64,000 nt of DNA, taken from positions 10,288 through 74,287 of the forward strand of contig JAKPPS010000018.1 in the NCBI GenBank assembly GCA_029547225.1. Reading direction: 5' to 3'. This DNA is from a bacterium. GTDB lineage: Bacteria; Patescibacteriota; Dojkabacteria; SC72; WJKH01. Every line of letters begins with the position of its first letter. The first letter of the stretch is position 1. A program made the position numbers and the translations under genes. Positions 55,241-64,000 of the stretch are shown here, one piece after another. The notes beneath the pieces are model-generated. The model did not search any database. It saw only the letters and a list, made by a program, of their open reading frames with translations, and was not told the DNA's origin.

Positions 55241-55266
55241 AAAAAAACGGGCCCTTGCGGACCCGT
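55241..55266 (-). terminator. Rho-independent terminator
   Basis: The minus strand reads ACGGGTCC-GCAA-GGGCCCGT (8-bp stem including one G-U pair, GNRA loop), followed by T7. Confidence 0.8.
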
Positions 55267-55289
55267 CTGAAACTAGCATTGCTTATGAC

Positions 55290-55889
55290 TTAAGCTGTTG
55301 TTGCTGGTTTTGATGGTTCACCCCATGCCATGTATCCTAAGAATACATAGTAAACAATAGGTATAAATATACCTAAACCACCGACTAAACCAACCCATGA
55401 TTCAAATCCTCTTCTAAGGCCAATCTTGTAGGTTGTCAATATTATCATAACAATATTTGCAATAGGGACGAAAAATAGAAGGAATAACCATGGATTAAGT
55501 CCTGAGATTTTTGTCATATAATACATATTTAATACAGGTACCCATGCCATCCAAGTATTTTCTTCTTTAAGCTTTTTACCAATAGTCATATAAACAATTG
55601 ATGAAAAAGCATAGAATACTAGACCAACACAAACTGAAGCTATTATGACAGGAAGAGATAGTGCAGTCATACCAAGTAATGCTGCAGCAGCATCCTCATC
55701 AGTATAATCATAAGTATAATCGTCGTAGGAATAGTCATCATAATAACTTTCCCAATCGTAATCTTCGTAGTCTGTTGTATAATAATCGTCAGTCTGTGCC
55801 ATTGCTTTTTGTGGAGCAATGAAAGCTACTGCTGTGATTACAGACACAAATGCTACAAAAAGTGAAAGAAGCATTTTTGCTATCTTCAT
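55290..55889 (-). CDS. Membrane protein with Tyr/Asp-rich extracytoplasmic segment
   Basis: 199 aa. Signal peptide, the stretch DDYYTTDYEDYDWESYYDDYSYDDYTYDYTDED, then 4 TM helices. Confidence 0.6.
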   Translation of the reverse strand: MKIAKMLLSLFVAFVSVITAVAFIAPQKAMAQTDDYYTTDYEDYDWESYYDDYSYDDYTYDYTDEDAAAALLGMTALSLPVIIASVCVGLVFYAFSSIVYMTIGKKLKEENTWMAWVPVLNMYYMTKISGLNPWLFLLFFVPIANIVMIILTTYKIGLRRGFESWVGLVGGLGIFIPIVYYVFLGYMAWGEPSKPATTA

Positions 55890-55968
55890 TTTTTTGTAAA
55901 TAATAATTTATATGTTTAATTATTAAATAAATCTTGATACTAGTCAATAGAACTGATAGATTATATGT

Positions 55969-56550
55969 ATGGAACAAATAAGGATTATCGATGGTACTGC
56001 ACCTGTCCTATTTTCTGCACCGCATAATTTCCGTCATTTCCGCCCGAATCTAGATAATAAGATAAAAATGCTTGAGGAGAATACTACGAAATTAGTCGAA
56101 GATCTGTGTAGCAAAACTTCAGCTTGGGGTATTTTCTCAATTGATGATCTTGATTATGATCCAAATTATGATTCTGAAAAAAATAATCCCTATAAATCTG
56201 AAATTCGACAACTATACAATGCAGTAAAATTTAGCTATTTAATCGATATCCACGGAATACTTGATAATGATAGATATGATTTAAATATACTCTATAAGAG
56301 AGGTTTTCCTCGATCTGCTCAGCTTGCTTATGATGTAAAAAAGTCAATAGAAAGGCAGAATTTATTGGGTTGTAACATTGTGATAAATAATTTTATTTTT
56401 GATAACGGGGAGAGCATATCCGATTTTGTGTGTAATAAATTGCGTTTTCCGGCTATCCAATTGGAGATAAGTAAATCAATCAGAGATGACTCAGTTTTAT
56501 ATGATCAACTTATCAATAATCTTTCGCTGTTTGTAAAAAATAATGCTTGA
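55969..56550 (+). CDS. Hypothetical protein (possible N-formylglutamate amidohydrolase-like)
   Basis: 193 aa. The early VLFSAPHN motif is the only cue. Confidence 0.35.
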   Translation: MEQIRIIDGTAPVLFSAPHNFRHFRPNLDNKIKMLEENTTKLVEDLCSKTSAWGIFSIDDLDYDPNYDSEKNNPYKSEIRQLYNAVKFSYLIDIHGILDNDRYDLNILYKRGFPRSAQLAYDVKKSIERQNLLGCNIVINNFIFDNGESISDFVCNKLRFPAIQLEISKSIRDDSVLYDQLINNLSLFVKNNA

Positions 56551-56655
56551 AAATAAAGACATTTCGGCGACAACTGCTTCAAGCTTTTTATTGTGAGAAA
56601 ATTGCACTAATGTGGTGTGATATTGATGTAATTCGGAGATACCTTCTATTAAGAA

Positions 56656-57138
56656 TTATTTTCGTTTCTCTTTTCTTTTCTTCTTGCCTTGTGCTTTGTT
56701 TTTGGAAGCAGCTTGCTTTTCAACTTTTTCTTCTGCTTTTGAAACACCTATCATTTCGCTTTTCTTAAAAATAACTGCAAAGACGATATATATTACTAGC
56801 AAGATTATTAGCATTTGAATAAATGTATTAATGAATTGTCCGATTAATAATTCTGAAGCACCTACTTTTACTGTAATACTCTGTAAATCTGTATCCTTTA
56901 AAAAGAATTGAAGTATGAGAGAAATTAATGGTGTTATAATGCCTGTGACCAGAGAATCAACTACTTGTTTTGTCGTTTGACCTATAATAACACCTAGAGC
57001 TAATGGAATTATCGAGTTCTTTCCGAGAAATTCCTTGAAACCTGAAGTTTGATTCTTTAGGCCGCTTTTTAAACCTTCAGGTATTTTATTAATTATTGGT
57101 AAATTATTTGTGTTGATACCTGATATTTTTTTACTCAT
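56656..57138 (-). CDS. mscL: Large-conductance mechanosensitive channel MscL
   Basis: 160 aa. GFKEFLGKNSIIPLALGVIIGQ ... ITPLIS, two TM helices and a Lys-rich C-terminal tail. Confidence 0.8.
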   Translation of the reverse strand: MSKKISGINTNNLPIINKIPEGLKSGLKNQTSGFKEFLGKNSIIPLALGVIIGQTTKQVVDSLVTGIITPLISLILQFFLKDTDLQSITVKVGASELLIGQFINTFIQMLIILLVIYIVFAVIFKKSEMIGVSKAEEKVEKQAASKNKAQGKKKRKEKRK

Positions 57139-57279
57139 AGGTTTAATATAGTTTTAATTATTAATTAAGGATTTCTTTGACTTCACAACATGTCTCTGCT
57201 ACACTCAAACGGAATGAGGTATGTTATTGGAGACATTGTTTTATATGTCAAAAATCTTACTCTTATATATCTAAATTCT

Positions 57280-57285
57280 TATAAT
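57280..57285 (+). promoter_or_regulatory. -10 box (TATAAT) 10 nt upstream of recA ATG
   Basis: TATAAT tatacaataa ATG, with no SD. Confidence 0.4.
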
Positions 57286-57295
57286 TATACAATAA

Positions 57296-58447
57296 ATGGC
57301 AAATATTAAGCAAGCGACCACAAAAGTTAGCGATAAAAAATCTGTTGAGAAAGTTGAGAAAACGATGACTGATAGTGGAGAGAAAGTACAAACTATAAGT
57401 AGCATTTCAGAGACCTTACAGAAACAAGACAATTCAGTAGCTCAAAATAACGCTGCTTCTGCACAGTCTTCTGCGAAGAATCAGGCAATCATGACTGCAA
57501 TTGCTCAAATCGAAAAACAATTTGGTAAAGGCTCAATCATGAAGTTGGGTGGCTCAGAAAAACTAGATGTTGAGGTGATTTCAACGGGTGCTTTATCTCT
57601 CGATGTTGCTTTGGGTGTTGGTGGTATCCCAAAGGGAAGAATTATTGAAATATATGGTCCTGAATCATCAGGTAAAACTACATTGGCATTGCATATTTTA
57701 GCGGAGGCACAAAAGAAGGGTGAGACTGTTGCTTTTATTGATGCTGAGCACGCATTTGATCCTACTTATGCAAAATCAATAGGTATTAATATCGACGAAT
57801 TATATATTGCTCAGCCTGATTTCGGTGAGCAAGCACTAGAAATACTTGAGATGTTGGTTAGATCCGCAGGTATCGGTGTTGTAGTCGTTGACTCAGTTGC
57901 AGCGCTTACTCCAAGAGCAGAAATAGAAGGATCTATGGGTGATAGTCATATGGGTTTGCAAGCAAGATTAATGTCTCAAGCTTTGCGTAAAATTACTTCA
58001 ATCGCCTCTAAAACAGGTACAACGATTATTTTCTTAAATCAATTACGTATGAAGATCGGCATTATGTTTGGTAATCCTGAAACAACAACGGGTGGTAATG
58101 CTTTGAAATTCTATGCTTCTGTCCGTATGGATATCCGTCAGAAAGAAAAGATAGAAAAAGATGGGCAAGTGATAGGTCATGTCAGAACAGTCAAGGTAGT
58201 TAAAAATAAAGTTGCACCACCATTTAAAGAGGCTTCATTTAGCATTATCTATCCAAAAGGAATTGATAAAGAATCTAGCATAATTGATGCAGCAATCTCT
58301 AAAAATGTTATAGAAAAAGCTGGCTCATGGCTAAAATATGGTGAAAAGCAACTTGCACAAGGTAAAGAACAGGCAATCGAATTACTTCGAGAAGATGTTG
58401 CATTGCGAAATGAAATTGAAAGTAAGGTTCGAGCAACTTTAAAATAA
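57296..58447 (+). CDS. recA: Recombinase RecA (with ~50-aa N-terminal extension)
   Basis: 383 aa. [26 protein letters not shown] and VVVDSVAAL are canonical. Confidence 0.97.
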   Translation: MANIKQATTKVSDKKSVEKVEKTMTDSGEKVQTISSISETLQKQDNSVAQNNAASAQSSAKNQAIMTAIAQIEKQFGKGSIMKLGGSEKLDVEVISTGALSLDVALGVGGIPKGRIIEIYGPESSGKTTLALHILAEAQKKGETVAFIDAEHAFDPTYAKSIGINIDELYIAQPDFGEQALEILEMLVRSAGIGVVVVDSVAALTPRAEIEGSMGDSHMGLQARLMSQALRKITSIASKTGTTIIFLNQLRMKIGIMFGNPETTTGGNALKFYASVRMDIRQKEKIEKDGQVIGHVRTVKVVKNKVAPPFKEASFSIIYPKGIDKESSIIDAAISKNVIEKAGSWLKYGEKQLAQGKEQAIELLREDVALRNEIESKVRATLK

Positions 58448-58607
58448 TAGATTAAAAAAATACTAAACGAATTTTTATTTGAAATTGCCGGATAAAAGTG
58501 TTTTTGGATCAGAATCATAGTTTTTTGGAAATGCTTAGATTAACGAGATAGAATGGTATTGTTACTCAGTAGGGTAAGAGCTTTCGTAAAATGAGATTTT
58601 GGGAATT

Positions 58608-59258
58608 ATGGCTAAAATTACTGCAATAACTGTACAGAAAAAAGATAATGATAGGTTTAATCTTTTTGTAGATGGAGAATTCTTATTTGGAGTTGGAGTC
58701 TCAACAGTCGCAAAGAATAATCTTTACATTAACAAGGATATTTCTGAGGATGAGATAGAAAAAATCAGAATAGAAGATTTAGTTGATCGTGTTTATCTTC
58801 GAGTTTCTGATTATGCGATCAATAGCCATAAGACCTCTAAGGATATTATTAATTACTGTCGAGAATTGTTGTATAAAAAAGCAGATGATTGGTTCCCAAA
58901 AGACTTATTTAATGAATTGAAAGAGAGTCTACCTGAACAAATTTTGCAGAAGCTAATAGATAATGGTATCGTCAATGACAAGATTTATGCAGAAATGTTT
59001 GTTGAAGACAGATTAAAATATCGTCCTCGCAGCAAACGAATGATTATCTCTGAATTGATCAAAAAAGGAATTAATGTCGAACAAGCAAAAGAAACAGTAG
59101 AAAATATTGAAATTGATGAAAGAAAAATTATCCGAGAAATACTGATGAAGAAGTATCACACCGACAAAATTACAAGGCAAGATAATAAGAAGATTAGTTT
59201 TCTCGCTGGAAAAGGTTTTGATTGGGATACTATATCAGATGTTTTAGATGATGAATAG
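58608..59258 (+). CDS. recX: Recombination regulator RecX
   Basis: ~216 aa immediately downstream of recA, with the repeated helical RecX pattern (FNLFVDGEFLFGV, YAEMFVEDRL). Confidence 0.7.
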   Translation: MAKITAITVQKKDNDRFNLFVDGEFLFGVGVSTVAKNNLYINKDISEDEIEKIRIEDLVDRVYLRVSDYAINSHKTSKDIINYCRELLYKKADDWFPKDLFNELKESLPEQILQKLIDNGIVNDKIYAEMFVEDRLKYRPRSKRMIISELIKKGINVEQAKETVENIEIDERKIIREILMKKYHTDKITRQDNKKISFLAGKGFDWDTISDVLDDE

Positions 59259-59300
59259 AAAAGGTCAATTGGTTTAATTGAAAAGTGGGATTATAGGATA

Positions 59301-61361
59301 ATGACATATGAAAGTAGTAAAAAATGGCTGATGCCTAAAGAAGTTCCTCAGAAATTATTGAAAAGTGTCTATAAAGACATGGACAATATAACCTCAACTT
59401 TGCTTTTTAATAGAGATATCGATAGTAAAGAAAAAATATCAAATTATTTTGATGCTACTCTTGAAGATATTCCTCATTTTTCAAAACTGTATGATACTGC
59501 TCGAGCAGTAAATATTATTTCTGAAGCGATAAATAATGATAAGAAAATATTTATACATGGAGATTTTGATGTCGATGGGATCTGTGCTTGTGCAATAATC
59601 TGGGAGATTATTTACAAAAGAATAGCAAAGAAAATTGGTAAGAAAATTGATGTTGTTCCATATATTCCTGATAGGGTCGATGAAGGATATGGATTAACAG
59701 AAAAATCAGTTAATGCAATGATTTCACAAGGTGCACAGCTAATAATCTCTGTCGATTGTGGCATCAGAGATAAGCAGATCATTGAGAAATATCAGAAAGA
59801 AGGTGAACTCGATTTTGTTATTACGGATCATCATCAACTTCCTGATGATTTTGAACTAAGCGAAAAGTATGTGATCGTACATCCCGCTATTCCCGATCAT
59901 GAATATCCTTTTACAAATATATGCGGTGCCTTTGTAGCCTTTTTACTAAGTATGGCGTTAGCTTATCATTACAATCTTACAGAAAAAACTTCGGGAGATG
60001 AAGCTAGCGATGAAATAGTTTATGAATCAAGAAATATCTCAGACGAAACCTCAAAGGAAGAAATCTCGTTAGATTCGAAATCTATATCTATTGAACAAAC
60101 AGAAATATTATCTAAAGGTTCTCCAGATGAGATGACGGATAAGAAAACACATATTAAATCCTTAGAAATAAGTGTCGAAGAATCAATAATAATCTCAAAT
60201 AACAAGGTTAATGCAGAATCCAATGAATTTGTCGGTTCGGAGTTACAAAATAATGAAAAAATAGATTTTAAAAGCATATCTGATGTGTCCAAATTTATTG
60301 ATGGCCTAGATCTTGTAGCATTAGCTACGGTTACAGACATGATGCCTTTGACGGATATCAATAGAATAATAGTAAAGGAAGGATTGAAAATAATTAATTC
60401 CGGAAGTCGAATAGCATTTGTGGCTCTATCAGAAGTTGCTAGTGTAAAGATTGAAACAATTGATAGTTATCATCTAGGTTTTGTAATTGGGCCAAGATTA
60501 AACGCATCCGGTAGGATAGGTTCTGCGATGGATGCACTTAGATTGCTTGTTACGGAAAATTATCAGTATGCAATGAAAAACGCATTCGAGTTAAATACAT
60601 TGAACATAAAAAGACAGAGCATGACAGAAGAAGCTCTACAACAAGCTAAACAACAACTTGATGAAAAGGGTTATTTATCTAAGGATAATAAATTACTTTT
60701 TGTAATAGGTGAAGGTTGGTCTGAAGGAATAGTTGGATTAGTTGCGGGGAAGCTAACAGAGTTCTTTTCAAAGCCATCTATTGTTGTAACAAGGAACAAT
60801 AATGAATGTAGGGGTTCTGCACGAAGTATTGCCGGCTTCAATATTACTGAAGCTATTGAAGAATTTGCTCCTCGTCTAAGCCGATATGGAGGACATGCAC
60901 AAGCAGCAGGTTTCTCTACGGACGGTGAAAATCTACCGATATTTGAAAAAGAAATAGTTGAATATGCAAATAAGAAACTAGAAAATATTGATTTGCAACC
61001 TGAATTACAGATCGACATAATTGTGAATAGCGATGATCTAAATCCCGGATTTCCTGACAATCTACAAAAATTTAAACCTTATGGATATGGTAATCGAAAA
61101 CCAAATATTATGATAGCTAAAGCAGTTATTCTTGAAAAGAGAATTATGGGTAATATGCAGAATCATCTTAAATTGGTTCTGAAAGATAGTGGTTTTGAAA
61201 CTGTCAATGCGGTAATGTTTGATTGTAAAGAGGATATTGAGAAATTGAATATTGATGATGTAATAAACATTGTCGGTTCTGTAGAGATCAACGCTTGGAA
61301 TGGTAATGTGGATGTTCAATTTATGATAAAAGAATGGTCCCGTGCAGAAATCGATAAGTAA
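59301..61361 (+). CDS. recJ: Single-stranded-DNA-specific exonuclease RecJ
   Basis: 686 aa. DHH motifs (HGDFDVDG, DCG, ITDHH) and DHHA1 (GGHAQAAGFS), with a low-complexity insertion between the domains. Confidence 0.9.
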   Translation: MTYESSKKWLMPKEVPQKLLKSVYKDMDNITSTLLFNRDIDSKEKISNYFDATLEDIPHFSKLYDTARAVNIISEAINNDKKIFIHGDFDVDGICACAIIWEIIYKRIAKKIGKKIDVVPYIPDRVDEGYGLTEKSVNAMISQGAQLIISVDCGIRDKQIIEKYQKEGELDFVITDHHQLPDDFELSEKYVIVHPAIPDHEYPFTNICGAFVAFLLSMALAYHYNLTEKTSGDEASDEIVYESRNISDETSKEEISLDSKSISIEQTEILSKGSPDEMTDKKTHIKSLEISVEESIIISNNKVNAESNEFVGSELQNNEKIDFKSISDVSKFIDGLDLVALATVTDMMPLTDINRIIVKEGLKIINSGSRIAFVALSEVASVKIETIDSYHLGFVIGPRLNASGRIGSAMDALRLLVTENYQYAMKNAFELNTLNIKRQSMTEEALQQAKQQLDEKGYLSKDNKLLFVIGEGWSEGIVGLVAGKLTEFFSKPSIVVTRNNNECRGSARSIAGFNITEAIEEFAPRLSRYGGHAQAAGFSTDGENLPIFEKEIVEYANKKLENIDLQPELQIDIIVNSDDLNPGFPDNLQKFKPYGYGNRKPNIMIAKAVILEKRIMGNMQNHLKLVLKDSGFETVNAVMFDCKEDIEKLNIDDVINIVGSVEINAWNGNVDVQFMIKEWSRAEIDK

Positions 61362-61502
61362 TATTATGCTATTAACCACCTCTTTTTTTGAATTTCATTA
61401 AAATTTAATAATACTCAGGTAAAATAATCATAAAAAATCTCGTTGTAAGAGATTTTAAAGTGTGTTAAAATAGGCTATTAACTTATTATTAAGTAAGAAA
61501 TT

Positions 61503-61856
61503 ATGCTTTGGGCATTTTGCGGATTTATTATTTTATTTATCGGTATCGGGGTTGCATTTATTTATCTATCAACAAAAGGTAGTAAATCCGAGAATGATAA
61601 TATTAAAAATTCATCTTCATTGACGACTAAAAGTGCTAATAAATCAACTGATTCAAATAAGAAAGTAGCTCAGCTTATAAACTCAAAGACTGCAATAAAA
61701 GATTCAAAAATTGAAAAGTCAGAACTAAGTAGCAAAAAATTATCAATAAAGAAAAATCCTAAGAATACTAAATCAACAATAAAAAGTAGTGCAAAATCTG
61801 ACGCTAAAAAAAGAAACCAGAAAAATATTAAGAACACAAAATCATCTACGAAATAA
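61503..61856 (+). CDS. Membrane-anchored Lys/Ser-rich protein
   Basis: 117 aa with an N-terminal TM and a K/S-rich low-complexity tail. Confidence 0.45.
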   Translation: MLWAFCGFIILFIGIGVAFIYLSTKGSKSENDNIKNSSSLTTKSANKSTDSNKKVAQLINSKTAIKDSKIEKSELSSKKLSIKKNPKNTKSTIKSSAKSDAKKRNQKNIKNTKSSTK

Positions 61857-61961
61857 GAGAAAAAGTAGTAAGTGAATAAGTTTGTTCAGCAAAATATCTG
61901 TCAGATTGAAATATTGTTAGCTGAAATAATTCTTTTGTAAATAATTTATTAATAAAAAAGT

Positions 61962-62852
61962 ATGGATTTTATTTTTGTAATGTTGGGATGTATGGCCTTT
62001 ATTTTTATAATAGGCTTATTTTCATCATTTAGGATTGTGCAACAGAATCGTGTGCAGTTAGTTGAAAGGCTTGGTAAATACAATCGAACCTTGGAATCTG
62101 GATTAAGGTTGATGATTCCTTTTATTGAAAGATCAGCTGCAAATATTAGTCTTGCTTTTCAGAATCAAGTATTTCAGGTTGATACTGTGACAAAAGATAA
62201 AGTTGTTGTTAGATTAAAAGCAAACCTTATCTATGCAGTATCTCGTGAGCAAGTTACACAATATTATTATCAATTATCAAACCCTCTTGAGACTTTATCT
62301 TCGTATGTTGAGAACTATGTGAGAAGTTATGTTTCTTCCCAAACTCACGAAGAATTACTTGAACGAAGAGAAGAGTTGTCTGAGTATTTGATCAAACATC
62401 TTGATGAAAAAATGAGTACTTGGGGAATAAAGATCAGCTCAATCCAAGTTATGGATATTGTATTTCCTTCAGAAATTACGGACGCGATGAGTAAGGTTGT
62501 TGCTTCTCAAAGATTGAAAGAAGCTGCTATGAACGAAGCAGAGTCAGAGAAGATAAAAGTTGTTAAAAAAGCAGAAGCTGAGAAGGAATCACGAATATTA
62601 CTTGGTGAGGGTGTAGCCGGAGAACGAAGAGCAATTATTGATGGTCTTAAAGCATCTATTGATGATATGAAATCAATCAAGGATCTTGATACAGGTGAAG
62701 TTATGAAGCTAGTTGTAGTTTCCCAATATTTTGATACTGTGAGAGCAATCGGTGAGACTCCAAATAGTAAGGTTATGTTTATTAACCCAGCACCACAGGG
62801 AGCTGATGATCTTGTACAAAATCTTACAACCGCACTTGAGAGTACAAAATAA
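61962..62852 (+). CDS. SPFH/band-7 (stomatin/prohibitin-like) protein
   Basis: 296 aa. N-terminal TM, FRIVQQNRVQLVERLGKY, and an EA-rich coiled segment. Confidence 0.85.
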   Translation: MDFIFVMLGCMAFIFIIGLFSSFRIVQQNRVQLVERLGKYNRTLESGLRLMIPFIERSAANISLAFQNQVFQVDTVTKDKVVVRLKANLIYAVSREQVTQYYYQLSNPLETLSSYVENYVRSYVSSQTHEELLERREELSEYLIKHLDEKMSTWGIKISSIQVMDIVFPSEITDAMSKVVASQRLKEAAMNEAESEKIKVVKKAEAEKESRILLGEGVAGERRAIIDGLKASIDDMKSIKDLDTGEVMKLVVVSQYFDTVRAIGETPNSKVMFINPAPQGADDLVQNLTTALESTK

Positions 62853-62913
62853 TTGATACGATTATCAAGGTGTATTCGTAATAAAGTAACACAGAAAAAA
62901 AGATCAAAATAAA

Positions 62914-63999
62914 ATGAATAAAATTAAGGTCGCAGAGAAATACATCTATGATAAGTTGGGTAAAACTGTTAAATTACCAATTTATTCTCCCGATGCAACG
63001 AGAGGTTATGTGCGAGGTCTTACTTCTGCTGATTTGGCGTATTGCGGTGTTGAAAGCATTGTTGTAAATACTTTTCATCTAATATATTTTCCGGGAGGTG
63101 ATATACTAAAACGAGTCGGAGGTATTCAAGGGTATTATAATTGGCCTGGCCTGGTAATCTCAGATAGTGGCGGTTTTCAAATGCTTTCAATGATATATCA
63201 AGATAGCGGTTTTGGAACTATTAGTAATAGTGGTATTGTAATTAAGCGCAAAGTTGGTAAGAAAATTGATAATTTCAAGTTTACTCCTCAGAAATGCATT
63301 GAGATGCAATTTAAATTGGGTGCAGATATTATTTACTGTATCGATGATTGTCCTCGAGATGCCAATAACCGTGAGGATGTAAAAAATAGTGTAGATAGAA
63401 CCATCAAATGGGCTAAATTGTGTAAAGAAACTTTTGATCGATTAGTTACACAAACCGGTCGTAAAGCACTGCTCTTTGCAGTGATACAAGGTGGAAGTTT
63501 CAAGAATGAACGTGTGCGATGTGCAGATAGTCTTAAAGAAATAGGTTTTGATGGGTATGGATTTGGAGGGTGGCCTTTGGACAAAGATAACAATCTTGAT
63601 ACAGAGATTTTCGGCTTGACTGCAGAATTGATGGAGGAGGGGAAACCTAAATTTGCTCTTGGTGTAGGTAATCCTCAAGCGATAGTTGAAGGGTATAAGA
63701 TGGGGTATAATATGTTTGATTGTGTACTACCGACTCGTGATGGCCGACATGGCAAGCTTTTTATGATGAGAGAAGATTTGGATTCAACAAATATTCTGTT
63801 GAAAAGTAGTGTTGCTGATCAAATCTATATACGAGATGAATCTTTCACTCGTAATTTTAATGAAATGATAGATGGGTATTCTTTTGCATTCGTTAATCAT
63901 TTATTTAGAAGAAGTGAACCTTTGGGCATGCGATTAGCATCAATGTATAATCTGAAACAGTACATGAAATTAATAGGGTTCTTAAGAGAATTAGCATAA
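62914..63999 (+). CDS. tRNA-guanine transglycosylase (TGT) family protein lacking the zinc-binding Cys cluster
   Basis: 361 aa. VISDSGGFQMLS and GVGNPQAIVEGYKMGYNMFDCVLPTRDGRHG are conserved. There is no Cys after FDCV. Confidence 0.75.
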   Translation: MNKIKVAEKYIYDKLGKTVKLPIYSPDATRGYVRGLTSADLAYCGVESIVVNTFHLIYFPGGDILKRVGGIQGYYNWPGLVISDSGGFQMLSMIYQDSGFGTISNSGIVIKRKVGKKIDNFKFTPQKCIEMQFKLGADIIYCIDDCPRDANNREDVKNSVDRTIKWAKLCKETFDRLVTQTGRKALLFAVIQGGSFKNERVRCADSLKEIGFDGYGFGGWPLDKDNNLDTEIFGLTAELMEEGKPKFALGVGNPQAIVEGYKMGYNMFDCVLPTRDGRHGKLFMMREDLDSTNILLKSSVADQIYIRDESFTRNFNEMIDGYSFAFVNHLFRRSEPLGMRLASMYNLKQYMKLIGFLRELA

Positions 64000-64000
64000 T

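Noticed and set aside
56547-56768. A 73-aa ORF following 55969-56550.
   Set aside because: It largely overlaps the 3' end of mscL on the opposite strand, and its composition is typical of a shadow ORF.
1465-61379. Numerous 60-130-aa ORFs antisense to, or nested in, long genes (for example 1465-1653, 2341-2656, 20459-20797, 32252-32617, 36396-36710, 60020-60361, 60671-61060, 61062-61379).
   Set aside because: They lie entirely within well-supported genes on the opposite strand, have low-complexity or biased composition, and show no motifs. They are typical shadow ORFs of AT-rich DNA.
1-64000. An alternative genetic code, either UGA recoding as in some CPR lineages or UAA/UAG reassignment to explain the four in-frame stops.
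   Set aside because: Long conserved genes (secA, recA, eno, recJ) are uninterrupted under code 11. TGA (gene 1, zinc-ribbon gene), TAA (secA, recA) and TAG (eno, DMT) all sit at the expected ends of genes. None of the four tRNAs in the window has a suppressor anticodon.
1-64000. CRISPR arrays, rRNA genes, tmRNA, RNase P RNA and SRP RNA.
   Set aside because: I saw no spaced direct-repeat arrays and none of the hallmark conserved strings of these RNAs while reading the intergenic regions. A covariance-model scan would be needed to exclude small ncRNAs.

Overview
This is a low-GC (about one-third GC by eye) bacterial chromosomal segment read with the standard code: TGA, TAA and TAG all terminate conserved genes, and SecA, RecA and enolase are uninterrupted. 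The content resembles a reduced-genome lineage such as Patescibacteria/CPR (many orphans, housekeeping proteins with extensions or insertions, a sortase, t6A genes), but taxonomy cannot be established from the sequence alone.

Layout:
- 1-7.6 kb, accessory island: a 5'-truncated OLD-family ATPase/TOPRIM nuclease is translationally coupled to an 899-aa SF1B-type helicase and followed by a multi-zinc-ribbon protein. This is a Gabija-like but architecturally distinct candidate defence cassette. It is followed by degenerate DNA, a compact IS1595-family element with ~40-bp inverted repeats, and an Erm/KsgA-family rRNA methyltransferase.
- 7.7-28 kb: an OmpR/HK two-component pair with secreted and membrane partners, a HAD hydrolase, a sugar-nucleotide and glycosyltransferase cluster, secA and recO.
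- 28.2-39.5 kb, the interval from tRNA-Lys to tRNA-Asp: rich in orphans, transporters and decayed genes.
- 39.7-64 kb: a compact second SF1B helicase, a CsoR-family/thioredoxin operon, tsaC-tsaE fusion plus tsaD, eno, tRNA-Leu and tRNA-Val, a DMT transporter, rmuC, mscL, recA-recX-recJ, an SPFH protein and a TGT-family enzyme.

Notable non-genic signals:
- Four otherwise intact genes each carry a single in-frame TAA or TAG.
- A 52-53-bp composite promoter-like motif occurs three times with fixed spacing.
- An 18-bp palindromic operator occurs twice, each copy overlapping a TATACT -10 box.
- A 13-bp tandem repeat (4 copies) has DnaA-box-like cores.
- Many genes have a TGnTATAAT-type -10 box only 5-10 nt upstream of the ATG, suggesting leaderless mRNAs.

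I saw no rRNA genes, CRISPR arrays or reverse transcriptases.
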